Positions 19,401 through 29,915 of a DNA stretch of 63,984 nucleotides are shown here, piece after piece. Every line of letters begins with the position of its first letter. Within the stretch, counting starts at the first letter, position 1. Below the pieces are notes generated by a model. The model was given only the letters and a program-made list of their open reading frames with translations. It did not search any database and had not been told where the DNA came from. This stretch comes from a virus. Its lineage: Duplodnaviria; Caudoviricetes. Both the position numbers and the translations under genes were made by a program. The DNA lies in IMG/VR virus record IMGVR_UViG_3300007609_000018, positions 1 to 63,984 of that record; one strand, written 5' to 3'.

Positions 19401-21544
19401 GCATCATCTAATGAAGTGTTCCCTTTGTTGTCAATCAAATATCCAGAAACAGAAGAACCTTTTATATCATCTTCTGGCTTAATATTTACTAAATCATCTA
19501 CATAAAAAGTTCCTACATCAATATCTGAATTGGTTATTTCAATTTCAAATTCACTTACAAAATATCTTCTACCATTTGCATCCTCTACCGCACAAACATT
19601 TGTACTCGTTCCTTGATATGCTCTTCCTTTTGTGATGTCATACATAGGTCCTTTATCTAACTTATCGCCTATACTACACCAATGACTTGCTATTCTTACA
19701 ATGTATCTTCCTGGTCTTACATTTTTAATATTGAACGTACTGTAAACATCATTCCCATCTTTAATCCAATCTGTAATTCCATCTACATTATCTTGAGCAT
19801 CAATTATATTGTTTGTGGTTTGTGCAAAATCAGTATTTATTTGTTTTGAAATATCTACATAGTCTGTTCCTGCTAAGTAAACCGGAAAACCACCTTCTGG
19901 AATCCATTGTTCGTACCCAGAACCTTGAAATGTTCTTGTTTCTGAATTTGATATAACACCTATACCACCCCATACAGGAAATTGACCTATACCATTTTCA
20001 TCATCTTTATTCAACTGCATTATAGGTTGTGATGTATTTGTTAATGGTAAAAAGTCGGACCCATAAGGCTGTCTTATTGTTTCACTTTCCCAATTCCCAT
20101 TATTCTGCCAATTGAATATCCTTATTTTCCCTGTAACATTGTATGTTTCTTTGTTAGCGCTATCTTCTACTTGAATACCTAAATCAGCATCTACGCATGG
20201 TGTATCGTAATCATCTAACACCCCACCGTCAATCAATCTGTTTTCTATTATCTTTTGCGATTCTGAATATCTTGGAACTTTATCATACAATTTTGCAGCT
20301 AATACATCATCTATTCCTGCCTGTGCTACATCATTGAAATACTTATACATTACCTTTTTGTTGGCATCAACAATATGGTAAAACTCACATATATCTAAAT
20401 CTTCTACTACTTTCCAAAATCCACTATTTCTTTCTCTTACGTGAACTCTTACTCTCTTTAAAATAGTCCAAATATTGCTATCTAAGAGGTTTTCATCGTT
20501 AAAGTCTATCTCTACGTAGTTTAGGTCTTTATTTGCGCCACAAACGGTATTATTGATAGGTATTTCACTTATTGGTCCTAATGCACTTCTTTCAGCATCA
20601 TCATAAACATATTGAAGTCTAAATTGAAATACCTTTTCTTTTATGTAGTTGTAATTTATTTTTTCGTCTTTTTTATAAATTACTAAAGGATCGCAACCTG
20701 GTGGATATTTTGCTCTATCAAAAAATCTATCTACTAAATTTGTTCCATACCAATTTGATGGTGTTACTTTTGGAAATAAATCGTTTCCTTGACTGTCTGT
20801 AAATTCTACCTCTACTTCTACTGCATTTAAACTTAGATTTGTTTCGGTTACTTTTAAAAAACAATTACACTCATCTGCTTTTAGGAAATTACTAAACCCA
20901 TTGTTTATTGCACTCGATAAATCTTGTATTACATCTTTTCTATTATCGTCTGTTACTTGACGTATAAGGTCTAATAAAATATTTCCTTGACTGTCTTTTA
21001 ACTTTAACCTAAAGTCTTTGTCTGTGTCCTCTGAATAGTCAAATTTAGGTAGGTAAATATCCCAACTCTTAGCCTTGTTTGTAATATTGGCTTTGTTGAT
21101 GTTTATTTTTCTTGGTTTTATGTTGTCTGTCCAATACAGTAAATCGTTATTAATTAAATCTATTCCTGTAATGTATCTGTCTTTTATCCAACCAAAATTA
21201 AATGTTATTATCCTTTCAACTACTCCATTTGGGTTTGCTGTATCTGTTCTTTCTGGAAAGTATCTGTATATGCTATGGTTAAACTCACTATTCCATATCA
21301 TATAGATACAGGTTCTTTGTTGTTTGTCGTTTAATGCGCCTATACACTTATTCTCTCCTTCTGGCAAAGCAAACTCTACTAATACATTTCCTTTTACGTT
21401 TGTTGATGAGTTTTGTCTTTCAATATAAGCCACACTATTCCTAATATTGATAGCTTTACGATAGTCCGTTTGTTTTACATCTCTATCATCGCTATCGAAA
21501 TCCATTCCTCCAATAGGTCGTATTTCGTGCTTTTTGTATGACAT
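16424..21544 (-). CDS. tail stabilization/nozzle protein (P22 gp10-like, crAss muzzle-like)
   Basis: N-terminal GGMDFDSD...YRKAINIRN, LLYWTDN..PRKIN, C-terminal G.RLR; 1706 aa. Confidence 0.75.
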   Translation of the reverse strand: MSYKKHEIRPIGGMDFDSDDRDVKQTDYRKAINIRNSVAYIERQNSSTNVKGNVLVEFALPEGENKCIGALNDKQQRTCIYMIWNSEFNHSIYRYFPERTDTANPNGVVERIITFNFGWIKDRYITGIDLINNDLLYWTDNIKPRKININKANITNKAKSWDIYLPKFDYSEDTDKDFRLKLKDSQGNILLDLIRQVTDDNRKDVIQDLSSAINNGFSNFLKADECNCFLKVTETNLSLNAVEVEVEFTDSQGNDLFPKVTPSNWYGTNLVDRFFDRAKYPPGCDPLVIYKKDEKINYNYIKEKVFQFRLQYVYDDAERSALGPISEIPINNTVCGANKDLNYVEIDFNDENLLDSNIWTILKRVRVHVRERNSGFWKVVEDLDICEFYHIVDANKKVMYKYFNDVAQAGIDDVLAAKLYDKVPRYSESQKIIENRLIDGGVLDDYDTPCVDADLGIQVEDSANKETYNVTGKIRIFNWQNNGNWESETIRQPYGSDFLPLTNTSQPIMQLNKDDENGIGQFPVWGGIGVISNSETRTFQGSGYEQWIPEGGFPVYLAGTDYVDISKQINTDFAQTTNNIIDAQDNVDGITDWIKDGNDVYSTFNIKNVRPGRYIVRIASHWCSIGDKLDKGPMYDITKGRAYQGTSTNVCAVEDANGRRYFVSEFEIEITNSDIDVGTFYVDDLVNIKPEDDIKGSSVSGYLIDNKGNTSLDDADEGNRVEKAALIINENDVTDNLLIDAKYPYYTDHNGYWYRRKLYAFELSDVIVQTPKISHIQNNNPPSFSEDSYSVQTYYDSQSNGVLKDFNLLSTNPNPLSLNEHQQLLSIVSDQQFSNNLKTFIEGYVKDSDGNGVSNVMVQFAETGRVALTDSQGFYRIPVFANISFAYIKWSNTIGKTLVLNNIPLTSSEENNTVQFITQTYGNYTLRNDNILLSDYNSCPITYSSSLVPSLSGSQFLAQIEFDENVTTVGPPYSPTAVFTLFDIGVTVRTEEVGKARKRGGSYLVGIRYQDEAGRVCSVVDLGKAYIPFYGEDLNQYYPDSYPIPNTKKYGPARIRVNLNSKPPKWAHYYQILITKNIHHSKSLQYLVNNVQYITSYDDDNQEASETSYSNGDANQVMINLNNLIDQFDRENDSQLGYTFEEGDRVRLVLNEDGVYYDELFEFKAVSYKNGNWLVLKTESSLPEIKTGVLVEIFNRRLLEEEKIYYESATCYKCTSPGTSQNSHSVPQLFIKGGDSYFRKRTMRVIDEDDSVFSSFNYVIESLRISDNYPSEDLDLGRVGIVDKDFKEIFRPTSLRVSNIFVPDTEVNGLSNNEGLEDIEIDREFGLIKRLLRVGSILLSVHLNRSVSVYVNESIFIDSNGEETVGVSDKFLNNVRPLTGNYGTQHPESIVEYENLAFGFDSFRNAVWQYSQAGLEIISENKARNYFRQVCENGIWDAPAVYDPFYREYILTIGKRGQEFEFEVVASDDNLDVTGLESSAPSGIPNFTSVEIEYKGTLTKFQIYFTSNNKIFILGNITDQYKIGDKVKLYIRGDRETIAYSNLKKIWTTFYTYEQDYYTSVLNSLISFNNGQLMVHDKGNINEFNGIFAPSELWLLANPDPNHPKVFYANELQQKQLDGNCDWEIYEITNREGQLSRILKGSWRNKQDHWYSEFKRDLNTTVSNPILNGERLRSVAILLKLRNDNKESVDLWSYIINFEVSERTKI

Positions 21545-21547
21545 ATA

Positions 21548-22366
21548 TTATCTTTTTGGTAGTTGATGTATTGAACTTCTAATTACGGTAAGCCATTCGT
21601 CTTTTGTCATTGCATTTTCTCTTCGTGTCATTCCTTTAAACTCTCTTTGAAATTCATTTTTCCAATACATTGCTTGGTTTAAATCTACTCTGTTTGTTCT
21701 TTTTGAAACTTCAAAGCTGTTTCTTTTCCAATGAACAAATGCGTTTAGTACAGGAATGGCTGTTTCTGGAATTATAGCGTTTCCCGTGCTATCTATTCCC
21801 TTAGTCTTATATTCTAATATCACCTCATCTACTTCTACATAGCTACTGAAGTGTATTTTCCTATTCTTTAGGTCCATCTTATAGCCTCTACCACTAAAAC
21901 CCTCGCCTAATCCGTAATAGCCTGCTACGTGCTGTCCATTGTGAAAGTGCGGTGTATATCCCCAATTTATAAAGTTTGAAGGTGTTACGTTTCCTTTACT
22001 AAAATTGTCAAGTGTGTTTATTACTTCTTCATCACCACAAGCGTTTTTCTTATACTTTGCTTCGTCTATACATAAACTTGGGTGGTGGTCGAAATTACAT
22101 AAGTAGCCATTAATACATACCCCTATTTTGATATAATCAACATAGTCTAATGGTATATCAATGGTGTTTGACGAACTCATAGGTAGTCTTACGGTTTTTA
22201 TTGTTGTGTCAAAAGAACCTGCAAGGTTTAATCTTCTATAACCATCTATTGCCCATTTTAATAATTGCTTAAACTTAGAGTTGTCTTTTTCCCCTAAATC
22301 AGCCATTACACTACTAACTATATAATGTAAGTCATATATACCACTAATCAAGTTGTTCTGAATCAT
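21548..22366 (-). CDS. tail ring/tubular protein (crAss-like)
   Basis: IDIPLDYVDYIKIG and ILEY motifs; position upstream of the stabilizer. Confidence 0.65.
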   Translation of the reverse strand: MIQNNLISGIYDLHYIVSSVMADLGEKDNSKFKQLLKWAIDGYRRLNLAGSFDTTIKTVRLPMSSSNTIDIPLDYVDYIKIGVCINGYLCNFDHHPSLCIDEAKYKKNACGDEEVINTLDNFSKGNVTPSNFINWGYTPHFHNGQHVAGYYGLGEGFSGRGYKMDLKNRKIHFSSYVEVDEVILEYKTKGIDSTGNAIIPETAIPVLNAFVHWKRNSFEVSKRTNRVDLNQAMYWKNEFQREFKGMTRRENAMTKDEWLTVIRSSIHQLPKR

Positions 22367-22934
22367 TATACTTATCCTCTTTAGTTTCTTTTTGTTCTCT
22401 CAACTGCTCTCTTATCATTGAAATCAAGTCTAATTCATAGTCCGATGGTACCGGTATCTCATCTTCTGGGTTTAACCCTTTTATCTTTGGCACATATTTA
22501 ACCAATAATTCTTCTACTAATGGTGGAACACCACTTACATACACTTTATCTGATTGTAATTTAGCCTTTGAGTTACCAACAAGTCCTCCTGCTTCTAAAT
22601 TCCAATAAACCGAATCTTCTCCAACCATAAAAAAAGCAAAGGCATTGTTTTCCCCATCTGTAAAAGAAACTTCTTTCAATCCCTTGCCATTTATATTTAC
22701 AGGATATGTAGGAAGTTGTAAATACTTTTTGTTTCCATCTGATAGTATTGGAAGTGTATATGATTTTAAGAATTGATCGACTACATCTTCTCCGTCTTGC
22801 TTTATCTTAGCTTGAATAAGTTTAGGCAAAACACTATCTGCTAATATCCATACCAATCTCTCATCAAGTTTTTTATCTTGATTAGAATAGCCTTTCAGCA
22901 TTATTATCATATCCCCTAATTCAGCCTTTGTCAT
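22344..22934 (-). CDS. tail ring/adaptor protein
   Basis: YLQLP and EDEIPVP motifs; lies in the ring-protein cluster. Confidence 0.55.
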   Translation of the reverse strand: MTKAELGDMIIMLKGYSNQDKKLDERLVWILADSVLPKLIQAKIKQDGEDVVDQFLKSYTLPILSDGNKKYLQLPTYPVNINGKGLKEVSFTDGENNAFAFFMVGEDSVYWNLEAGGLVGNSKAKLQSDKVYVSGVPPLVEELLVKYVPKIKGLNPEDEIPVPSDYELDLISMIREQLREQKETKEDKYNDSEQLD

Positions 22935-23632
22935 TACTTACCTGTCATTTTTCTTGATTCACTAAATTGATATAAATTTCTTTCTGCAAGATTTACCCCA
23001 TAGTATTGCAACATTCTTACTGCAAAGTCATTATGTAATGTTACAGGCCACTCTAATTGTGTTGAATTTTGCTCGTCATACTCATCAATATCATTTACTA
23101 CATTATATGCCCTAAAAGGTGTTTTAGGCTCTCTAAGGTATGTTAAAATCACTTTATCAACCAATTCGGGCCACACCTTAATTCCTTTTTCGTAATAATT
23201 ACCAATAGGGTAGTTTTTTGATGGTGGTATTATGCTATTATTCAATCTTTCACTTAATTCTGAATCGGTAATAATTTCTATTCCTGTTCCTTCGTCTTTT
23301 CTTACTCCGCAATTCTCATTGTAAGTGTATAATGCTCTTATTGAACTGAACGCTAAATAATCACTTGGTCTTTGGAAATACCCATCAACCTTACTAAGTA
23401 TAACCATAGGTAGCAAAAAACTTAAATCATCTGTGATTTTTTGTGTTATTTGCCATGATTGAGTTGGTATCGGTTGCCCTGGCCTATACTCTTCTGGTAG
23501 TCCATACTTTTCTTTAAATAAATCAATATTGATTATTTTTAATGATAAGTTAAACTCATTTGGCGATACCGAACCTGCTTGTTCTTTATTTGATACCCAA
23601 TTAATCCATCTGTATAATTCGTCTATTGTCAT
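22934..23632 (-). CDS. tail ring/head-tail adaptor protein (crAss-like)
   Basis: MTIDELYR...NKEQAGSVSPNEFN, LTYLREPKTP, SxQLEWP motifs. Confidence 0.65.
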   Translation of the reverse strand: MTIDELYRWINWVSNKEQAGSVSPNEFNLSLKIINIDLFKEKYGLPEEYRPGQPIPTQSWQITQKITDDLSFLLPMVILSKVDGYFQRPSDYLAFSSIRALYTYNENCGVRKDEGTGIEIITDSELSERLNNSIIPPSKNYPIGNYYEKGIKVWPELVDKVILTYLREPKTPFRAYNVVNDIDEYDEQNSTQLEWPVTLHNDFAVRMLQYYGVNLAERNLYQFSESRKMTGK

Positions 23633-24888
23633 TATCCGCTAAAACTTGTTCGATTTACTTGAATACTTAAATGCACCTCACCGCCTGGTGTTGTTTTACT
23701 TGTTGATATTGTCATTATTTGACCTGCTGTAAATGTATTGTTAGAACTTGGACTTAGTGTGAATCCTGTTCCTACTGATGAATTTGCTGTTGCCGTAATT
23801 GTTCCCATAGAACTTCCAGAGTTGTCTTTTACATTTAAAGAGGCATCATCTGTTGCTTCGATCAATTTATCTACGTGGGCTGTTATTTTCTCTACTGTGC
23901 AATTAAATGGTATAGCTATTTTAACATCACCTAAAAAATCTGTTTCAAGAGATATGTTTCTGTAAATTCCCTCAAATGGTGTTGCTGCTATTGTTGTTGC
24001 GCCTGCGTTATCCATTACAACTTGCCCTGTCATTCCGACTGCATTAAAGTCTGTTCCATCGCCAAGTAAAAACTCACCTGTTCCTGGTTTAATTGCTGAA
24101 GGCCTGTCGCTTGAGTTACCAATCAATACCGAACCTCTTGCTAAATCTGCCATTTTAGCTACCGTAACTGCTTCATCAAGTATTTTAGCTGTTGTAACCG
24201 CATCATCTGCCAATGCAGGTGCAGCTTCGTATGTTTCTGAAAATATTACAACCCAACTTGTTCCATTGTAAAATGCTCTTATAAATACCTTTTTATCCAA
24301 TAAAGCATCTGGCATTAATGTTCCTAAAATTGTTACAGTATTTCCGTCTGGATCAATATCGCCCTCGTAATAAAAATAGACTTCTTTATTTTTTACCCCT
24401 GTTGCGGTTATTGATATACTTGCCGTTAGTGTTATTGCTCCTGCTGTGTACAATCTTTTTCCTGTTTTTGATTGTAACGTTCCTAAAGCAATAGCACCTA
24501 TTCCACTTCTTAACTCTATATCTTCGTCAATTACAAATTCAGATTCATCTAAAACTCCATCTTTATTGTTCTTCAGTTCTACTACATAAAAATTAGTGCC
24601 ATCATATTCAAAGATAAATTTAGTGTTTCTTGACAACTGTTTTTCAGTCATTGTAACACCAAGTATTGTTAAATCATTTCCATCTAAATCCGTTCCACTT
24701 GCGTTCCACCAAACTTCTGTTCTTAACCCCTTTATTTCTAAACTTTCGTCTGATTCTATATTTACATCCGCAGTAAGTGTTGGACTTCCTGTTAATTTAA
24801 AAACACTATTACCATTTGTTGAATATGGTAGAGTTAATGTACCGCTTGTTGGTACTGTCTTTTCGATTGTTGTTATAAATTCTATCAT
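23632..24888 (-). CDS. virion structural protein / tail fibre-like
   Basis: internally duplicated beta domain (DLDGNDLTILG / DPDGNTVTILG) and ADDAVTTAKILDEAVTVAKMA repeats. Confidence 0.55.
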   Translation of the reverse strand: MIEFITTIEKTVPTSGTLTLPYSTNGNSVFKLTGSPTLTADVNIESDESLEIKGLRTEVWWNASGTDLDGNDLTILGVTMTEKQLSRNTKFIFEYDGTNFYVVELKNNKDGVLDESEFVIDEDIELRSGIGAIALGTLQSKTGKRLYTAGAITLTASISITATGVKNKEVYFYYEGDIDPDGNTVTILGTLMPDALLDKKVFIRAFYNGTSWVVIFSETYEAAPALADDAVTTAKILDEAVTVAKMADLARGSVLIGNSSDRPSAIKPGTGEFLLGDGTDFNAVGMTGQVVMDNAGATTIAATPFEGIYRNISLETDFLGDVKIAIPFNCTVEKITAHVDKLIEATDDASLNVKDNSGSSMGTITATANSSVGTGFTLSPSSNNTFTAGQIMTISTSKTTPGGEVHLSIQVNRTSFSG

Positions 24889-26495
24889 TACTGTTTTAAT
24901 AAGGTTATCATTAATTGTTCCGCAATTACTAATTCATCACCGTAAGTAGGACCGCTTATACCTCCATCATCATCTCCGTTTTGACCTTGTTGCTTTATAA
25001 CTAATGCACTTGTTTCATCTTCGCCTGTTATTTCAACTATTTGTCTTGGTGATGTATAAAATGCGTTTCCAAATACACTTCCACCTACTTTAGTAGAATA
25101 TGTTGCATATAATTTTGTGCCATCTCTATATATCTCACAATCAATAGAAATTCTGTGGTTTGAAAAGAAATTGTCTAATGTGTCTATAATTCCTATTGCT
25201 GCAATGTTAAAAGAACCTACCGTTAGTAAGCATGACTTAAAGTATGTATCATCACTTTTAAATCTAAAAGTTGCTTTTATTTTTAAACAATCCCCGTCAG
25301 CTAACGCACTTGCTGTTGTGTGTGTTATTAAATCCTCTACACCTGTTCCTGTGCTTGTTTTTGGTGCTGTTGCATCGTTAAACGCATAATATTCGTTAAA
25401 TAGTAATGCTGAACCATCCGCACCATCTTCTCCGTCTGATCCATCTGCTCCATCCGCACCGTCTTCTCCATCTGCTCCGTCTGCACCACCTAAATTTGGC
25501 AGTTCATTTGTAAACACAGTTCCATCGCTCATTGTTTGAACCAAACTATATGTTCCTGCATCTTCTACTATTTCAGAACTACTTAAAAAGGTGTCTGATG
25601 TACTTAATGCTACAACTAATGTAGGCTCATCCCCTTCACAATCACAATCTTCTGTACACTCTAATAAAGTGTAAATATTTTGTAACATAGATTCTGGAAC
25701 TTCTTTACCGCAATACTTCATTTGTTTTGCTAACTGCCATTCGTTAAAAGCTAAATTGTAGTCTTTACGCATACTTTCAGCCTCTAATGGGTTGGTAGCA
25801 ATTTTTTTAAGTAAACGACCTCTAAACTTATCAAAACAGCAAATAAACTTGCATAACGTTTCATCACAATCTACTTTAAACTCTTCTATTGTTTCCAACT
25901 TTTCTACTTGATAAACATTGGCCGATAACAAATATGTTACTGTTGCAACAACTTTAACTGTCCATGTTCCTGTGTAAATTGGTGTTACTGTGTTTGTTTT
26001 TAATACTGATACTATCGGATCATTTTCAAGTGATGATGGGTAGTATAATGTATGCGCTCTTACTATGCTATCAAAATTACCATAACTCGTTGTGTCGGTT
26101 GTTTTTATCAATGATTTACTACAATCAATCTCTTGCTTTATAGTTCCGGTTGTACTTCCTAGTTTTGTACAAAAATTAATAGTCTTATCTTGAGTGTATA
26201 TTTCAGTATCGCCTGTAACTTGTGCTTTTATGTTTACCACATAATCCCCACTCATTAAATCCCCACCTGTTATAGTTGATAGGTCCTTACAGATATTATC
26301 TACATCAGCACTTGAAAAATCATCTGAATCATATCCTGTTGTCTTATAGACTAAATTACCTAACGGATCAACTATATTGTATAAAAAAGAAAATGTGTCT
26401 GTTCCTGTGTTAAAACCTAACGATGTCCAATCTGTTTCATCTTCTAAACAGATTTTTTTGGTAATAGTATTAATTGTGTACTTAAATGATAGCAT
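24888..26495 (-). CDS. structural protein with Cys-rich region and collagen-like repeat
   Basis: GADGADGEDGADGADGSDGEDGADG at ~25410-25490; probable start MLSFKY at 26495. Confidence 0.6.
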   Translation of the reverse strand: MLSFKYTINTITKKICLEDETDWTSLGFNTGTDTFSFLYNIVDPLGNLVYKTTGYDSDDFSSADVDNICKDLSTITGGDLMSGDYVVNIKAQVTGDTEIYTQDKTINFCTKLGSTTGTIKQEIDCSKSLIKTTDTTSYGNFDSIVRAHTLYYPSSLENDPIVSVLKTNTVTPIYTGTWTVKVVATVTYLLSANVYQVEKLETIEEFKVDCDETLCKFICCFDKFRGRLLKKIATNPLEAESMRKDYNLAFNEWQLAKQMKYCGKEVPESMLQNIYTLLECTEDCDCEGDEPTLVVALSTSDTFLSSSEIVEDAGTYSLVQTMSDGTVFTNELPNLGGADGADGEDGADGADGSDGEDGADGSALLFNEYYAFNDATAPKTSTGTGVEDLITHTTASALADGDCLKIKATFRFKSDDTYFKSCLLTVGSFNIAAIGIIDTLDNFFSNHRISIDCEIYRDGTKLYATYSTKVGGSVFGNAFYTSPRQIVEITGEDETSALVIKQQGQNGDDDGGISGPTYGDELVIAEQLMITLLKQ

Positions 26496-26510
26496 ATTGG
26501 TATAAATTAA

Positions 26511-26548
26511 AAAACTCACACCAAATATAATAATTTAATGTGAGTTTT
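26511..26548. terminator. hairpin, possible terminator, overlapping a TATATTTG -7 element (26522-26529)
   Basis: AAAACTCACA...TGTGAGTTTT inverted repeat in the intergenic gap. Confidence 0.4.
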
Positions 26549-26571
26549 GTTTTTTTGATTGTTTTTAACTG

Positions 26572-27468
26572 TTATGCACTTTCTAATTCTAACTCTTTTT
26601 CTTCGACTAATTCTTTTAGTTTTGATAAAAGTCCGCTACTGTCTTTTTTCATTACCGTAACGTATAAGTGGTCCATTTTGTCTATTCCTTTTGGAACCAT
26701 ACAAATTTGCTGTCCTCCTACCCATTTCCAGAACCTTGTTTTAGGTGTTTCTTGATATGCAATTATATCATAATCTATGGCTCTGTTTACAATAGAATTA
26801 AACACCCTTCTTTGACTTTTAGCGTATTCGTCAAATTTGTGATAACCTATTCGTGAAGCATATTGAATTAACATTTCTTTTGCTCCTTCAGTACCTACTT
26901 CGTCAAATGGCTCTTTAAATTGACTGATAGATTCGTACAATTCTTGAGTATCAGTTTTCTTCAACTTAATAATGTAGTCTTTGGTATCTACTTCTGCTTT
27001 TATAGATGCGTAAGCTACTTTCTTTTCAGCTTGAATGTTTTTCTCTCTGAATATAAATCTATTTGGTCTTTCTGCGTATTTATCTTCGTACTTAGGATTT
27101 GTTTCATTGTTTGGATGGTTTCTTAAAAACCAAATTAAATCTGCTCTGCTCGCAGGTACTTCTAATTTACCATCTTCAAATTGAATGTTTACAGGCGTGT
27201 AGTTTACTTTAACCTCACTACCCATTCTTACTTTTTGTAGGTTCTCTACATACCTAATTTGGTCTGCTACCCCTGTTAAGATATCTGAATTGTATTGTGC
27301 AGGTATTGATGTTCCTGCTGTTGCCGATTTCAGCACTACTACCGAATCGTTTTTCTTCGCCAATCTTGATGAGTATTGGCTTGAATGAATTAGGAAAGTT
27401 ACTTTCTTTTTGTCTTTCCCTAAATGCTCTTTAATCCCCTTAAACTCTGTGTCGTTTACGTAAATCAT
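26572..27468 (-). CDS. conserved protein downstream of the major capsid gene (crAss-like)
   Basis: IQFEDGKLEVP...FLRNHPNN motif; syntenic position. Confidence 0.6.
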   Translation of the reverse strand: MIYVNDTEFKGIKEHLGKDKKKVTFLIHSSQYSSRLAKKNDSVVVLKSATAGTSIPAQYNSDILTGVADQIRYVENLQKVRMGSEVKVNYTPVNIQFEDGKLEVPASRADLIWFLRNHPNNETNPKYEDKYAERPNRFIFREKNIQAEKKVAYASIKAEVDTKDYIIKLKKTDTQELYESISQFKEPFDEVGTEGAKEMLIQYASRIGYHKFDEYAKSQRRVFNSIVNRAIDYDIIAYQETPKTRFWKWVGGQQICMVPKGIDKMDHLYVTVMKKDSSGLLSKLKELVEEKELELESA

Positions 27469-27490
27469 TACTTTGTTTTTTGTGTTTAAT

Positions 27491-27520
27491 AAAAAATAGA
27501 GGGTTTTTACACCCTCTATT
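27491..27520 (-). terminator. rho-independent terminator after the capsid gene
   Basis: AATAGAGGG-loop-CCCTCTATT followed by a T run on the minus strand. Confidence 0.75.
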
Positions 27521-27541
27521 GAATCTAATTTATTGGTTGGA

Positions 27542-28885
27542 CTATAACGCCTCCCAAAGATAAAATGAACGTACAGCGCAAAATTGACTTGCTAATTCTG
27601 CTCTTTGATTCATTACTCTCTCATCTATATCATTCGTAGGTCTATCTACCCCTGCTGAACCTGTCATCCAAGTCTTAACTCTTCGACTAACACCATTCAA
27701 CTCCTTGTATCTCATACCAACATAAGGAAGTTGTTGCTTGGTCTTAGAATCTTTAGTAGTTCCCATTGGAATCCAAACACCTAAACCATCTATATTGTAC
27801 CCATTCGCACCATATAATTTAGGGTGGTTAAATGAATCCATTTTTTTGAAGTTATACTTACGGTCTGTCTTAATCAACTGCTTAACGTCAATGTCAATCT
27901 TTTGACCTTTTCTTGAACCGTTTGCATAAATCACAGGATTCTGCTCAAATGAATCTAAAAATAGATTTTCAATGTTTTGGAATAAACCAATACCTAACAT
28001 ACCTAAATGCTCTCCTGGTGCAAAATACTTATCAAGTCGTCTTGTCATTGCATCAAAATCAGCAATAGTTAATGTACCTGGCGTATAAAACGCTTCGTTA
28101 CCACCCGACTTAATCCATGGTATTAAACCTGTCATAGAACGTAAACCGCCCAATGCAGGGTTATTGATTGGCTTATTAAATAAAGATGCACCATCTACTG
28201 CTAATGCAAATCTGTAATCTAAATCAACTTGCTCACCTTTTAAGTGCCATGCGTTAATTGATCTACCATCACTATCTTTATCAATCCACGATTTATTTGT
28301 CATTTCTGAACCAGAAACTTCAATAGTTTCTTTAATAATTTGGTGCTTGAAAAAGAACTCTAATGGTTTTGTTACACGACCTTCTGGGTTTCCTGTTCTC
28401 TCATTAAACTCGTTTGAGAAAATAACAAGGTTTTGACCCGATGCAACAGGACCTAAAACTTCTGTTTCATCGTGAGGCACAACTGTTGCGCTTTCACTTC
28501 CAGATGTTTTGTTTACTGCTGTTACTACACCTACCGCTCTACTTGGAAACAAAATAACATCGCCTTCTCTTACATAGAAGTTTCCTTCTGAATCAACTGT
28601 TGATGAATCAATAGGAATAGTAATTGCAGCCCCTGCTGCCCCTGCTGCTACTGCTGAACCTGCTACTAATGTTTCGTGAATCCAATCTTCCTCAAAGTGA
28701 GAAACTTGAGTTTGAGTTGATGGTGTAATATTACCAAGTGTATCTAACAACTGAAAAAATGTTAGACCTTGATTTCCGTATTGCCTAAATAAAGCGTTTC
28801 GTTTATCTGGCTTGTGAATGTCCACGTCAAATGAACTGACGTAAGAATCTGTATATGCTGCTGATGCTGCTGCTGGATTATTCAT
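27542..28885 (-). CDS. major capsid protein (crAss-like HK97 fold)
   Basis: 447 aa after the scaffold gene; QIIKETIEVSGS and MTGLIPWIKSGGN motifs; followed by a strong terminator. Confidence 0.8.
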   Translation of the reverse strand: MNNPAAASAAYTDSYVSSFDVDIHKPDKRNALFRQYGNQGLTFFQLLDTLGNITPSTQTQVSHFEEDWIHETLVAGSAVAAGAAGAAITIPIDSSTVDSEGNFYVREGDVILFPSRAVGVVTAVNKTSGSESATVVPHDETEVLGPVASGQNLVIFSNEFNERTGNPEGRVTKPLEFFFKHQIIKETIEVSGSEMTNKSWIDKDSDGRSINAWHLKGEQVDLDYRFALAVDGASLFNKPINNPALGGLRSMTGLIPWIKSGGNEAFYTPGTLTIADFDAMTRRLDKYFAPGEHLGMLGIGLFQNIENLFLDSFEQNPVIYANGSRKGQKIDIDVKQLIKTDRKYNFKKMDSFNHPKLYGANGYNIDGLGVWIPMGTTKDSKTKQQLPYVGMRYKELNGVSRRVKTWMTGSAGVDRPTNDIDERVMNQRAELASQFCAVRSFYLWEAL

Positions 28886-28898
28886 AATTTATTTTTTT

Positions 28899-29897
28899 TT
28901 ACATTAAAGAATCCAACCCAACTTTTTTATCCGTACTTATTTCTTCTTGCCTTTGTAATCCGTTTGGATTATGTAGTTCTTGATGATATTGTTCTTCTTT
29001 CTTTGAACGTACACTTTCTGCAATGGAACTGTATATTTTGTCCTTGTTTTTATAGAGATAATCAGCCTCTAACGCATACTTTAATTGTTCAACAGAACCT
29101 TCTACTCCGTTTGAAACCCAATTATTCACAATATGACCTGCCATCTCGGCTATGTCTTTTTGATCCTCTTTTGGTACTTCAAATTGAAACTCATCTGAAC
29201 CGAAACTAAAACCATTTATGCTACTTACAACTTCTGGTATCTTACCTTTCCACTCTGTTACCTTCTCGGCACTTATGGCTTGTTGCTTTTGCTCTGGTGT
29301 TTGTTTTTCTTGTAGTTTTTGATTGTATTCTTTTATTGATTTATCTGCCTTCTCGGCTTCTAAATCCAATTTTATCATTCCAATCCTAACATCTTCGTCT
29401 AATTCGTCATACTTTCCATCTTCGTTTTTAAATAATCCAAAGTCTTTCTCGATTACTTTTTTTAATTCATCTAATGACTTACTTGTTCCTTCTAGTTTCA
29501 TTGCAATTGCAACTTTATCTATTGGAGATAAATCATCTCCTTTTGATTTCTGAATCAAGTCTATTTCATTATAACTTAATCCCTTATCCAATAAATCAAT
29601 TACCGCTAATTTGTTTTCGTCTTTTACAACTCTAACGCCATCTTGAGAATATTCTTTCCCTTTTTCAATGAACTGTTTTAACTCATCTTCGGAATGTCCG
29701 AATTTTTCAGTTATATACTTTCCGTAATCAACTTCTTCGGTTTTTGGTTCTTCAGTTGGCTTGGTTTGTTGTCCCTGTCCTTGTTCCTCCGATGCAACTT
29801 CTTCCCTATTTTGTTCAGATGGTTGATTTGAGTTTGGACCTAATTGGTCTAATATACTTGTTTCATTTCCTTCTGTATTTGTGTTTTCCTCTGCCAT
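28899..29897 (-). CDS. putative scaffold protein
   Basis: acidic, coiled-coil, between portal and capsid. Confidence 0.65.
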   Translation of the reverse strand: MAEENTNTEGNETSILDQLGPNSNQPSEQNREEVASEEQGQGQQTKPTEEPKTEEVDYGKYITEKFGHSEDELKQFIEKGKEYSQDGVRVVKDENKLAVIDLLDKGLSYNEIDLIQKSKGDDLSPIDKVAIAMKLEGTSKSLDELKKVIEKDFGLFKNEDGKYDELDEDVRIGMIKLDLEAEKADKSIKEYNQKLQEKQTPEQKQQAISAEKVTEWKGKIPEVVSSINGFSFGSDEFQFEVPKEDQKDIAEMAGHIVNNWVSNGVEGSVEQLKYALEADYLYKNKDKIYSSIAESVRSKKEEQYHQELHNPNGLQRQEEISTDKKVGLDSLM

Positions 29898-29915
29898 TTT
29901 TTTGTGTATTTAAAG